DNA of 64,000 bases. Source: Octopus sinensis (lineage: Eukaryota). The notes below the pieces were generated by a model. It saw only the letters and a list, made by a program, of their open reading frames with translations. It did no database searches and was not told the DNA's origin. The stretch spans positions 620,001-684,000 of the forward strand of contig NC_043005.1 of assembly GCF_006345805.1 (NCBI RefSeq). The letters run 5' to 3'. The translations under genes and the position numbers were made by a program. Shown here in pieces: positions 41,393-53,297 of this stretch. Within the stretch, counting starts at the first letter, position 1. Every line of letters begins with the position of its first letter.

Positions 41393-41857
41393 AACTGTGA
41401 GAAGAGAGAGAAGAAAGAAGAGAAAAAAGAAAATATTGTGAAATATATGTGACGAAAATGTAACCTCTCGATTCCGGGGATCGAGTGGGCATTTACATCT
41501 CATTGTAAATATTCTTTCATATGTCATTTTTACTTTTATTTTTTCCTTTTCTTGTCATTCGCTTTCTTATTTTAAGTTCCCCGATTGTATTGTCCCCTCT
41601 ATGTTCGCCCCTTGTGGGTAATAATAAAATATGGAGTCGGAAATCAATTTTTTGCGTTATTAGTAAGTTGATATATTTTTGCTCTCGTACTATTATCTCT
41701 GTTATTATATACTGTTGGTCTACCTGTTTTGTCTATTGTTGTCTAACTGACGAAGTCAGCCTTCGTGCGAAGACTTCGCGTTGGTGTTCCCCCTCCGTGG
41801 GGGAAAACTACAATTAATTTGGATTTACCAAAGGCTTGTTAAAGCCATTTGTTCAAG

Positions 41858-43238
41858 ATGGAGTCCCCCATCTCTTATTCGCCCGTGACGAGTGAGGATG
41901 AATACCCGGCGTTGTCGCCAGGAAAAAAAGAGGCGTTGTCGCCAAAAAAAAGAGGCGTTGTCGCCGAAGAAAAAAGAGGCGGCGTCGCCCAAGAAAATGG
42001 AAAAACCAGTACCAGCATCAACTCCAGCAAAAAAATTCGCTGAAGTGGCTGGGAAAAAGATCAAAAAAATAAATATAGAAAATTTTGGAAAATTTGCAGA
42101 CTGCGTAAAAAAAGAAGGCACAGAAGTGACTGTGGCCACAAACATACAAAAACATGACGAGATAGAAAAAAAAAAGAATATTATTTAAAACTTACGACAC
42201 AACGACAAGAATGATCCAAAAAATCGAAGAAAAAAAAATAGAGTATTGTCTAAAACCTTTTATGGATAAAATAACGTATATAATCAGAGGAAAAAGATAC
42301 GGCACAGTGGAGGTGCGTTTTACTACGGAGGAGATAGCGAAGAAACTATCGATGGAGCCGATCAAAGCGGAAAACATTGTCTTACTACCATTGTATAAAG
42401 GAAAAAGGACGTCGAAAATTTCAATGAACAACATACCGCCAGAGGCAGATGCTGAATGTCTGGTGGCAGCAGTGATGGTAGGTCTGGAGGAAAAAATAAA
42501 CATCCTCCAGGCCACAGTGGAGGAAGAGGAGTTTTGGAAAGGGCAGAAAATAGTGATAGCCATTCAGGCGGAGGTGCAAACACTGGAAGAAATTCCAGAA
42601 ACGGTAAAGATTAGTGAAGACGAGAAAATAACAGTTTTCGTGGAGGGCAGGAAGCCGAGGTGCTTCGGCTGCGGCAAGAAGGGTCATGTAAGGGCGGAAT
42701 GCCAACCCCAACCCAAACCGCAGGAAGCACCAAAGCCAAAAGAAAAAGAAGATAATGTCTCACCAGAAGCAGCGTCGGACGGCCCAGAAGGGAAGACTGA
42801 AGGTGTGGAGGTGACGGTGACAGCAGAACCAGCGGCGGAGGGGGAAAAAAAGAGCGAGGAAAAGATAAATGAGGAGGGGTGGGAAAAAATTACCGGAAAA
42901 AAAAAAAGAAAAACGGAAACCACCCCTCCCAGAGTAATTTTAAAAAAGAAAAAGAGTCAATGAACTCGTATATGGCCGTAAAGGCAGCAAATAGCAGACT
43001 CGGAAACGTGTTGGCAGCCATGGCCAAAGTGGAGAAAGTAGTGAAAAAAAACGACTTTGTAATTTACAGAATAGGCCGGAAGGATTACGGGCGGATAAAG
43101 TCAGAATTCTTCCATGACGTAGGCCCACTTAGATTGGATGTGACATCTCCACATATATTCGAGGGCCTACGTCAGACTCCCCCACGAGGCCCAGAAAAAG
43201 AGTTAGAAGAACAAGAGAAAACCGAACCACTGATATAA
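41858..43238 (+). CDS. LINE ORF1 (CCHC knuckle; frameshifts in A-runs)
   Basis: MESPISYSP.., KKFAEVAGKK, RGKRYGTVEVRF, NNIPPE, VEGRKPRCFGCGKKGHVRAEC, ..TEPLI*. Confidence 0.85.
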
Positions 43239-43246
43239 GGTAAGTA

Positions 43247-46200
43247 ATGGATTACATTTATGTTGGTTGTTTGAATGTGCGCGGCCTGGGAGCAGGCTGG
43301 AAGCAAGGTCGCTTCCTGCATGATATCAGGTCGCGTAATTTAGATGTTATTGTTGCTACAGAAACCCGGTTAGAGGGGCCAAGAGGTCTACTCCCGCTGT
43401 TTGACGGCTACGAGAGTTTTTTCTCTCCTGGCAGTCCTACAGGCGGGAGTGGGGTGTTGGTCCTATTAAAAAGAAACCGGGTTTCTGAGAAAAAGTTAAT
43501 TTTTGCAGATCCAGAAGGTAGGCTGGTCGTCATGGATTTGACGTTCAGTAATGGTAAAGTTATCAGACTGGTTGCAATTTACGCACCCAACCATACAGGG
43601 CAAAGTGATTATTTTCGTGAACTAGAAAACTTTCTTGGTACTTCGCATTCATTAGTGGTGCTAGGAGACTTTAACACAATTTGCAAAGCGGATGTAGATT
43701 GTGTTGGCTCGCGTCCAGATAGAAAAGGCAACAGTGGCTTCATGGAACTGCTAAGCCGCTTTGAGCTAGCAGATCCTTATAGGCTGGAATTTCCGAACGC
43801 TCCATTGTGGACATGGTCAAACAGCGACGGATCTTCCAGGTCATATTTAGATAGAATACTAATTAGAAAAGTAGACAGTAAAATAGCTAAGTGTCCACAG
43901 TTTTACCCGATCAGCTACAGTGATCATAAAATGGTCACTTGTAAGCTTGACATAGATAAGGTTAAAAATAGAGGATCCGGTTACTGGAAACTTAATACGT
44001 CCCTTTTGGCGATTAAGGAGTACAAAGACCGGATTAGGAATATAATTCAGAGGGCACTATCTGGTACCATCATTAATAACAAATGGTGGTACGCCCTCAA
44101 ACGAGCCATCAAGTTTGAGTCTATTAGATATAGCATAGGAGTAGTGGCTAGAGAGGCTAGAAGGGAAACTACTCTAGTTAAGGAATTAGAGGAAGCCATG
44201 AAAACTGGCTCTGCGGCTCAGGTGGCGTCCAAGAGACTGGTGTTAAACCAGCACCTCGAGGCCAAACACATGGGCTGCATTGTCAGGGCTAGAATCCGCC
44301 ATATGGGATGTGAAGGAATCAACGCCGTGAGATGGGCCCGAGTGGTGGAAGCTCAGCATGGTAACGATGCCACGATTCGATCTTTGACGAACCAACAAGG
44401 TGAGTTGATAAACGAACCCGAGGAGATGTGTGAGGCCTTTCAGGAGCACTTCGCTCAGCTTTTCGGTGAGTGCGGCGGACTGGATAGGAGGAGGGCCTTT
44501 ACGGACCTACTCGACGGGCTGCCGCGCTTATCGGGGCGAGATGCGGAGGGCTGTGAAGGGCCAATCACGCCTGAGGAGGTGGTTGAGGCAATGGCGGACT
44601 GCGGCGCGGGCAAGGCGCCGGGTTTGGATGGTCTACCCTATGAGTTATATAAGAGTATGCCAGACTTGTTCGGGCACCTACTGGCGGAGGTCTATGCGAA
44701 CTGGCAGCAGAACGGGCTTATACCCAGATCTGTGCGCCGGGGAGTAGTGACTCTCGTCAGAAAGGACCCGAGCAAGGGGGAGTGCATTGATAATTTCAGG
44801 CCCATCACTCTGCTAAACACAGAGTTGAAGATTTTGGCCAAAGTGTTATCGAAAAGATTGGCGCGTGTCGCGGATGGTCTGATCGGAGAGGCACAGACAT
44901 GTGCCGTTCCGGGCAGATCCATTCAGGATAATCTCCATCTAATGCGGTACACTATAGAGGGGTTTAATAGTGATTCTGGCAAGGGTGGGGCACTGGTCCA
45001 TTTAGACCAATCTAAAGCTTTTGATAGGGTCGACCATCGTTACCTGGTATCTGCCCTGGCACAGTTCGGGCTGAGCCTTGGCTTCCTCAGGTGGATTATC
45101 CAAATTTATGATAACATCGACTCGGTAGTTCGGGTGAACGGCTTCTTGTCGAAGCCGTTCAAAATCAAACGCTCGGTTCGTCAAGGGTGTCCGCTCTCCC
45201 CGCTTTTGTACGTGATGGCTCTTGAGCCATTACTGCGAAAACTGAGCGGCATCCCGAGACAGCCAGGTAATGGAAAATCAGTGTCAGCGTACGCGGATGA
45301 CATCACCATCATCGTAACCGAAATGGACCACCTATGTAAAGTAGGCAAGGCCATAGAGGTTTACGAGACGGTGACAGGAGCAAAAGTTAATCGCGAAAAG
45401 TCAGTCGGCTTGCAACTCGGCACCTGGAGAGGCAAGTCGATGCCTCCTGACAGCGTCGTGGGACGTTGGACGGAGGGTCCGATTAAACTGCTAGGGGTCT
45501 GGTTCGGTCCAGACCTCCAAATAGAGAAGAATTGGGGCGAGGTAACGAGCAAGGTGGCTGCAGTAGCCAAGACCTGGTCTTGGCGGTGGCTATCCCTGAA
45601 AGGGAGGGCGGAGGTGGCCAATGTGTTTATCGCATCGGTTATCACCTACCGCCTTTCCGTCGTTCCTTGCCCTGATTCGTGGTTGATCAAGTTGGAAAGA
45701 CAGCTCTTCTACTTCTTGTGGAAGGGCGGGAAACCACTTGTGAAACGCTCTACTTGCTGTCAACAACCGTTAAAGGGTGGGCTAGGGATGCCTTGGCTGA
45801 TGATGCGCAGACATGCGCTGAGGTTAAGACATCTGTGGCTCTACCTGGATGGTGAACGGGTGTGGTCTCCGCTAGCAAAACTGATGTTTCCCAAGTTCAC
45901 TAGTTTCGGTGGATGGGAAACCTGGCTGAATCGTAGATCGAAACTTGGTACTTGGTACACGGAGTGTCGCAAGGCTCTCCTGCTATTCCGTCGCTCGGGC
46001 AACGCCTGCGGTGGGGGTTCCACCACATTCTTCTATAGAGGGTTGGTAGAGGCGGAATGTGAAGATACCTTGGGGGAAACCCTAGGTCTCGACGATAATC
46101 AGCTGGCCAGTCTGTTCCGACGTACGTTCGAGCCGAGGACACTGGACAACTTCCAGAAGTCTCTGGCATGGCAATGCTACAGAGGAGCTCTACCTGTTCG

Positions 46201-46642
46201 GGATAAACTCGCAAGGCACGGTGGCCAAGACAGTCCGATATGTCCAAGATGCGGGCGGGATAGGGAAACCGTCCCGCACGCTATTGTTCATTGTCCGGAC
46301 GTGTCTGAGGTGTGGGTTTATGCCGAACAGCTGTTGTCAGGTACACGAAGAGTACAGCTGTCGACTGAGTCGATTACAAAAATTGACCCACCGGATTTCC
46401 TCGTGAATGAAGGTAAGTTTCGTTTTCTCGTTGTAGTAGCAATTGCGAAAGAGGTGATATGGAAGACGAGAATGAAAGGTTTACAGTCAGGCAAGTTCAT
46501 CTCCGGCCCTGGTTTGATGAATTATTTCATCTTTCACCTGAAAAGGAAGATAGGGCTGGAGAGAATATGCCTGACTAGGAGAGTGTATGAAGAACGATGG
46601 AAGGATGTAGCACGAAAGTTGCGAGTGAAAGATACAACATAA
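43247..46642 (+). CDS. LINE ORF2: APE endonuclease, reverse transcriptase, C-terminal CCHC; intact 1131 aa
   Basis: LNVRGL, VATETR, VLGDFN, SYLDRIL, YSDHK, SGYWKLN, KAPGLDGLP, NFRPITLLN, DQSKAFDRVDH, RQGCPLSP, AYADD, CPRC..ETVPHAIVHC. Confidence 0.97.
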   Translation: MDYIYVGCLNVRGLGAGWKQGRFLHDIRSRNLDVIVATETRLEGPRGLLPLFDGYESFFSPGSPTGGSGVLVLLKRNRVSEKKLIFADPEGRLVVMDLTFSNGKVIRLVAIYAPNHTGQSDYFRELENFLGTSHSLVVLGDFNTICKADVDCVGSRPDRKGNSGFMELLSRFELADPYRLEFPNAPLWTWSNSDGSSRSYLDRILIRKVDSKIAKCPQFYPISYSDHKMVTCKLDIDKVKNRGSGYWKLNTSLLAIKEYKDRIRNIIQRALSGTIINNKWWYALKRAIKFESIRYSIGVVAREARRETTLVKELEEAMKTGSAAQVASKRLVLNQHLEAKHMGCIVRARIRHMGCEGINAVRWARVVEAQHGNDATIRSLTNQQGELINEPEEMCEAFQEHFAQLFGECGGLDRRRAFTDLLDGLPRLSGRDAEGCEGPITPEEVVEAMADCGAGKAPGLDGLPYELYKSMPDLFGHLLAEVYANWQQNGLIPRSVRRGVVTLVRKDPSKGECIDNFRPITLLNTELKILAKVLSKRLARVADGLIGEAQTCAVPGRSIQDNLHLMRYTIEGFNSDSGKGGALVHLDQSKAFDRVDHRYLVSALAQFGLSLGFLRWIIQIYDNIDSVVRVNGFLSKPFKIKRSVRQGCPLSPLLYVMALEPLLRKLSGIPRQPGNGKSVSAYADDITIIVTEMDHLCKVGKAIEVYETVTGAKVNREKSVGLQLGTWRGKSMPPDSVVGRWTEGPIKLLGVWFGPDLQIEKNWGEVTSKVAAVAKTWSWRWLSLKGRAEVANVFIASVITYRLSVVPCPDSWLIKLERQLFYFLWKGGKPLVKRSTCCQQPLKGGLGMPWLMMRRHALRLRHLWLYLDGERVWSPLAKLMFPKFTSFGGWETWLNRRSKLGTWYTECRKALLLFRRSGNACGGGSTTFFYRGLVEAECEDTLGETLGLDDNQLASLFRRTFEPRTLDNFQKSLAWQCYRGALPVRDKLARHGGQDSPICPRCGRDRETVPHAIVHCPDVSEVWVYAEQLLSGTRRVQLSTESITKIDPPDFLVNEGKFRFLVVVAIAKEVIWKTRMKGLQSGKFISGPGLMNYFIFHLKRKIGLERICLTRRVYEERWKDVARKLRVKDTT

Positions 46643-46890
46643 ATGTAATACCAAGCGCAACCAAAAGTATCAGTGGGGAGGCGGGGCTCGTGGGGTCCGA
46701 GCTAAACCCGCACCCACTCCACCCGTAATGTCTTCCGGTCTGTCCCATCATTCGATTTCTGTCCATTTATTGTAATTCATGAAAATTTTTAAATTCGATT
46801 GATTGTAAAAACCCATTCGTGTGTCTGACCCCATCATCAGATTGTATTGTCCCATCTATGTTCGCCCCTTGTGGGTAATAATAAAACAAC

Positions 46891-47170
46891 ATGGAGGAAA
46901 GCACCTTCGAAAAGTGTCTTGGTGCGACTATGAAAGTTATCTAATCAGAGGCGGTAAATTCGCCACAATAGAAGCAAGATTCGAGGGAGTACTCGACTCG
47001 AACTTGCAAAGTGGAAATGTTTTATTTTTACCTTTATATTTGAGACGTAGGACGTCCCTAAAAAAAATTTTTAATCCCCCCCCCCCCGAAGTAGAGGTAG
47101 GCTGGATTGTAGCCACACTTCTATACAAGAGGAAGGACAAGATACAATTGATCGAAATTATAAGAGACGG
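46891..47170 (+). pseudogene. Fragment of a third, more diverged ORF1 paralog directly behind the LINE tail
   Basis: MEESTFEKCLGA..LIRGGKFATIEARF..LQSGNVLFLPLYLRRRTS..NPPPPEVEVGWIVATLL aligns with IRGKRYGTVEVRF..AENIVLLPLYKGKRTS..NIPPEADAECLVAAVM. Confidence 0.7.
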
Positions 47171-47363
47171 GCTAACAATTCCAGTCTGTTATATATTTTG
47201 AGTATTGTTATCACTAGCGATATCAAGATATAACTTTGTATTTTGTATTTTATGTGTAGATGTATATATATATAGATGTACATGTAATATGTACATATAT
47301 ATACATACACATATATACATGCACTAGCACTATGACCCGGCAACGACGGGTCGTTAATGCAAG
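47171..47363 (+). mobile_element. Helitron-like element copy A, 3' part with terminal hairpin
   Basis: GACCCG-gcaacga-CGGGTC (47334-47352) followed by gttaatgCAAG; the same end in copy B reads CTAG. Confidence 0.7.
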
Positions 47364-47425
47364 TTTATATCTATATATTCATACATATAATATATGTATA
47401 CAAATATAAATGAATATAAACATAT

Positions 47426-47426
<1 letters not shown>

Positions 47427-47461
<35 letters not shown>

Positions 47462-48470
47462 ATTTGGCTCAAAAGCAAATAGCAAGGCCATGTAGGGGGA
47501 GTTGGAGTTGAGTACAGGGTGGTGTTCATGTAAAGAGTTCAGGCCACTTGAGGTCAAGGGAGGCTTTGTACAAAGCGGTCGTCGGCATCTTCACCATCTC
47601 GTCTGGCACCATCTCGTCTTGTTCCACGGATCCGCAACCCGGACGGAGAAAGCTCCTCTGCTTCGATTGAGATGAAATCGTCGCAGGTAGAGCTTTTCGG
47701 AATGACCCCGCAGCCGACGCTCTGGAGCAGGAGTGAAGAACAGCTCTTTCGAGAGGTTACACTTTCCGCTTATGATGTTGTGGGCGAGAATGAGATCACC
47801 ACGGCGGCGGCGTTTTTCTAGAGAATAAAGGTCGAGCGTCCTCAGCCTTTCTTCATAGGAAAAACTTTTGAGACCATGAACCATGCGGGTAGCCAGCTTG
47901 TGGAATCTTTCGAGATGCTGTATGTCTTTGAGGAGATAAGGAGAAGAGGCTTGAATCCCGTACTCCAATATGGGTCTCACCAGCGTGACATAGAGTGGTA
48001 GGAATATGACTGCTGTGAGCATTCCGAATGACCGTCGAATCAAGAACAGAATTCCGCGTGCTTTGTTGGCAGCATGGACGCACTGGGCCGAAGGCGAAAA
48101 GGAGGAATCCACCAAGATACCCAGGTCCTTTACCTGATCGGTCCTCTCCAGCAGCAGACGACCCGGCTCGAAATCAAGTTGAGTTGCAGGAGGAGAGCCA
48201 ACAGGCAGATGACAGCACTTTGACACGTTCAGACACAGGTCCCATTCGTTAGACCACCTCTAAATTTGGTGGAGGCATCGACGAAGATCCTCTATATCAC
48301 CGCGAGGAACGACCAGTTTGACATCGTCGGCAAATAGAAGGGTGTGTTGCGTGAGGTCGTCGGGCAAGTCATTTATGAAGACTAAGAACAATAAGGGCCC
48401 AAGCACTGAACCTTGAGGCACGCCACTGCTCGCACTGGAGACGTCGGATCGCGAACCATTAACTTGGACT
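47427..48470 (-). mobile_element. 5'-truncated CR1-clade LINE with (TAAC)n tail
   Basis: [17 protein letters not shown]..; LYVTLVRPILEYG..LERF..ATRMV.GL..SYEERL..L.LYSLEKRRRRGDLI..RGH..FSVRV..PWN. Confidence 0.9.
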
Positions 48471-48542
48471 TGGAAGGAGCGATCTGAGTGTTATTATTAT
48501 TATTATGATTATTTATTGTAGTGAACTGGCAGAACTGCTTCC

Positions 48543-48889
48543 ATGTTGGACAATATACCGTTATACGATGGGTACCAATATACGATGGGTACCAAGGCTG
48601 CACCAGTCCTTGCGAACCTCATAATGGGCTTCTTCGAACTATCACTCTATGAGATATCACGCCAGAAATTTGGACACGTTTTCCACATCTACCTAAAGGA
48701 AAACTGGAAAAGGTATTTGGATGATTGTTTCATCATATGGAAAGAATCTTATGAAAAGCTTCTGGAATTCAAAACCATACTGAACAACATACATCTCAAC
48801 ATCCAATTCACTATCGAATTCAGCAAACATCATCTCCCTTTCCTTGATCTCCTAATTATAAAAACACCTAAGAACCAAATCATAACAGA

Positions 48890-48890
<1 letters not shown>
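48543..48890 (+). mobile_element. Penelope-like RT fragment
   Basis: MGTKAAPVLANLIMG, WKRYLDDCFIIW, IQFTIE..LPFLDL. Confidence 0.85.
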
Positions 48891-48947
<57 letters not shown>

Positions 48948-49940
48948 GACATAACAATCTGAAATGAAATTACAAATTGGTTTATGTAAATTAATATAAT
49001 TAGAAAACAATATAAATAAAGTGTTAAGATCTGAATGTCAAGTTAGCAAACAATTATATATAAAAAGATAATGCAAATGAAGCTAAAATGATAATTTTAT
49101 AATTAAAGGTTTATTAACATCCTATCTTACAAAAAATTGATAACCCCAATTGAAGAGCAAAAAATCCACAGAGTTGTCTCCCCTTACTCACAGGAACTGG
49201 ATAACTCCTACCCCATTTCCTGTTTTGACATTCATTTAACAAACATCCTAAATTAAACACCACATGGATTTAATCACGTGGATCTCAATCCTCCAAGGTA
49301 ATTTTTCCAAGAACTATCATTGAACTCAAGATACACAAACACTTTACAATGTATCGGTGTACCTATTTTTTAATTTTTGTATATGTTTATTGTTTTTTTG
49401 CAAAAACAATGTAATTTTCTTTTTTCCCCCTCCTCAATCATAAAAAAATTTCTTTTCACCTCACAATTCTTGAAAAGTCGCATTGCGACGACAACCGGTT
49501 GGAGTTTATATATTTAAAAAAAAAGAATTTTTTAATTTTCCATACACCCATTTTCACTAAAATTTACCTTCAATTCTGCCTCTTTATAATTCTGCCTTTT
49601 TATAATTTTTCGTTGCCTATCATTTCTCCACGTGCGGTCAACACCACCCCACCATTTATTGTTATATATATAGTTATTATTATCTGAGGGAATATTATTC
49701 CTAACTTAGAGGAAAAATTCAATTTAGAAATACTAAATCAAATTTCACAAAATATAATATATATATATATATATAAAAATTAAGATAAAAACACCTTTTA
49801 TCGATTCAAAATGAACAATTAAATTACAACATCTAGAAAATTACATATAATAGAAATATTAAAATTAAAATAACAATAATATACTGAATATTAAGTAAAT
49901 TGCAAAAAAATAATAATGATAACGTATATATTAGGTAGAA

Positions 49941-50028
49941 TAACGTCACGTGTTTCGTGGCTATATTTAAGAAATGATTATAGAAGTAGTAAAATCATAT
50001 CGATATAAATATAGCTACTCATCAGGTT
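49941..50028 (-). ncRNA. Type I hammerhead with an intact core but GAC in place of the NUH triplet (probably inactive)
   Basis: TAAC-CTGATGA-GTAGCTATATTT..AAATATAGCCAC-GAAAC-ACGT-GAC-GTTA. Confidence 0.7.
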
Positions 50029-50078
50029 AAAAATAAACTAGAATAATAAAATAATTAATTAATAAATATGCTTTAAAA

Positions 50079-51058
<980 letters not shown>

Positions 51059-51303
51059 AGAAAATAGTAAAGAGTGAAAAAACGACAGAAGGCTTAGATG
51101 TTAAAGAATATATATATTTGCGTCAATATGTCTGGAGAATATTGGAAAAAATTTTTTCCCCTTCTTATAATGACATAATTTTATAATTTTTAAAGAAAGA
51201 CCGGTTTCGCATTTAGCTCTCCAAATTTCTTGCGACGTAATGTTTATCTTTAATAGTGTTATCCTTGTTTTTTGCTACGAAGAGTTCTAAATAAGGGAAG
51301 GTA

Positions 51304-51358
<55 letters not shown>

Positions 51359-51899
51359 ACACTAAATATACATTAAAATTAATTAATATACACAATGTTT
51401 GTACAAACAATTAATATTGCAATCAAAATAAGAAATGGTTCAAATATCGACAAACTCATTAAATAAGCTAACTATATAACCAACAAATAATTTTCTTCAT
51501 TTTGTTTAAAATATTAATATAACATATAATAGAATAGTAAAATATACTCTAATACTATTAAATAATATCTACAATAAATAAATAAACCACATAAGATTGA
51601 ATAAGGTTTAATATATACTAAAGATAAGTTAAATGTAATATATAGGTACATAGAATTATTATAGCATTAAATTTAAATGACTATTTACTATAAATTTCAA
51701 GTCTATATAATAAGTAATTAAATCAAATATATATTATTATGTTGGAATTGATTTATATTATTATAATAAATATTTTAAAATAATATAATTATTTATTTAT
51801 TAGCTAAATCTATTGTAAAGGTACTTTAATTATTATTTACATTTAATTTTCGTTCGTCCAAACTCTACCAACGCATAATTGTTATTAAATAATATTTCC

Positions 51900-52450
51900 T
51901 TAATTTCGTTATTACAACGAGAACAATTATTACTCCTTATAGTATATGATTTATACCCAACAAATAATATCCCAATTTAATTTATATTTAATAGATCTTG
52001 ATTTAAGGTCCCAAATATATTTACTGAGACTTGTTGAATTTATAAGATTTTTATTCCTAAAAGAATACATATATTGAGAAATACTAGATTTCATTTTATT
52101 CGAAGTGGATCCTATATAAATAGTATTTAAATAGCGATTATTCAAATTCTTATCATCTATTATAGTTACCATTCACCTATAGACTACATTATCTAAATTA
52201 CATAATTATTAAATTTACATATAAACTTATTCCTACATGTGCAATAAATTAAATCTTGGTCTTTATTATTAATATTGGAATAAATATTTAATCCATATCT
52301 ATAGAATTTTTTTAATTTAAAAATATTACATGAAGAAATAATATTGCCAATATTATTAGTAGTTGAATAACCAACATCAAAATTATCTTTAGAAAAATAT
52401 TATAATATTTTTTATTATCCCTAATAAATACATCAATTATATTTACAATC
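51900..52450 (-). mobile_element. Highly decayed Penelope-like GIY-YIG fragment in very AT-rich DNA
   Basis: IYIGSTSNKMK..SF.N..NSTSLSKYIWDLK..Y..NWDII. Confidence 0.6.
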
Positions 52451-52529
52451 TCTTTAATGAGATTTTTTTAACCTGAGCCTCAAAAGCAATGATTAACAAA
52501 ATTTTATTTTTATTTAAATCTTTTATATT

Positions 52530-52560
<31 letters not shown>

Positions 52561-52962
52561 TTATTATCATTATTATTATTATGTTATTATAATTATTATT
52601 ACTATCATTATCATTATCATTATAATTATTATAACTATCATTATTATAACTATAATTATTTGTGATAGTAATAAATTTATTATCTTCATTAATTGAATTA
52701 AATTATATTTTATTTTTATTTTTATTACTATTATTTTATTTTTTATTTTAATACTAAATTTAGGCTTTACATCATCAAAATTCCTACTATTATTAAGACG
52801 ATAAATAACTAAATAAAATTTATCATAATTCAGATAATTAGGTTTATCATTATAAAAATCATTAAAACTATAATCTTTTAGGTTATAATTATGTTTAGAA
52901 ATGTTAAATATAAATATATATATATCTGGGGATGGGGTGCCTGTCTATCTGTCTTTGTATGT

Positions 52963-53165
52963 CTGTCTTTGTGTTTGTCCCCCACCTTCACTTCAGAACC
53001 GGTGTTGGTGTTTCTACTTCCCCATAACTTAGCGGTTCGGCTAAACAGATCGAGAGAATAAGAACTAGGCCTACGGAGAAAAAGTTCTGGGGTCTATTTC
53101 TTCGTCCAAAAGCAGTGCTCCTGCATGGCCGCAGTCCGTGATTGTAATAACTGAAACACATAAAA
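52963..53165 (+). mobile_element. SINE 3' portion with a CR1-like tail
   Basis: ..ccccataacttagcggttcggc..gcagtgctcctgcatggccgcag..ctgaaac; tail homologous to 57728-57775. Confidence 0.65.
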
Positions 53166-53167
53166 CA

Positions 53168-53297
53168 TTGCACACACACACACAATGGCGTCATTGTTAC
53201 TGAAATCTTTATATTGATAAATAGGTAAGGAATGTGTGCATACACACACCCACATACAATGGCTTCGTTGTTACGGAGATCTTTATATTGATAGATC
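53168..53297 (-). repeat. Two ~80-bp tandem copies of a Helitron-like 5' start
   Basis: Minus strand (t)ctatcaatataaagat..gtaacaa.ga.gccattgt(gt)n occurs twice. Confidence 0.45.

Larger units (their letters stand above)
32720..41631 (+). mobile_element. Head-to-tail array of five ~1.78-kb ORF1-only non-autonomous retroelement units (starts 32720, 34503, 36284, 38069, 39850)
   Basis: Near-identical units, each starting tggtgtcggaaatc and ending attgtattgtcccctctatgttcgccccttgtgggtaataataaaa(ta); one ORF1-like frame per unit, no EN or RT motifs. Confidence 0.95.
41632..46886 (+). mobile_element. Full-length Tx1/L1-clade LINE (copy A)
   Basis: 5' UTR, ORF1, intact ORF2, 3' UTR ending gccccttgtgggtaataataaaa. 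Confidence 0.95.

Noticed and set aside
32856-43238. Programmed frameshifting or true pseudogenisation of the ORF1 genes
   Set aside because: The breaks are almost all 1-nt indels in long A-runs and differ between copies; they cannot be distinguished from sequencing error here.
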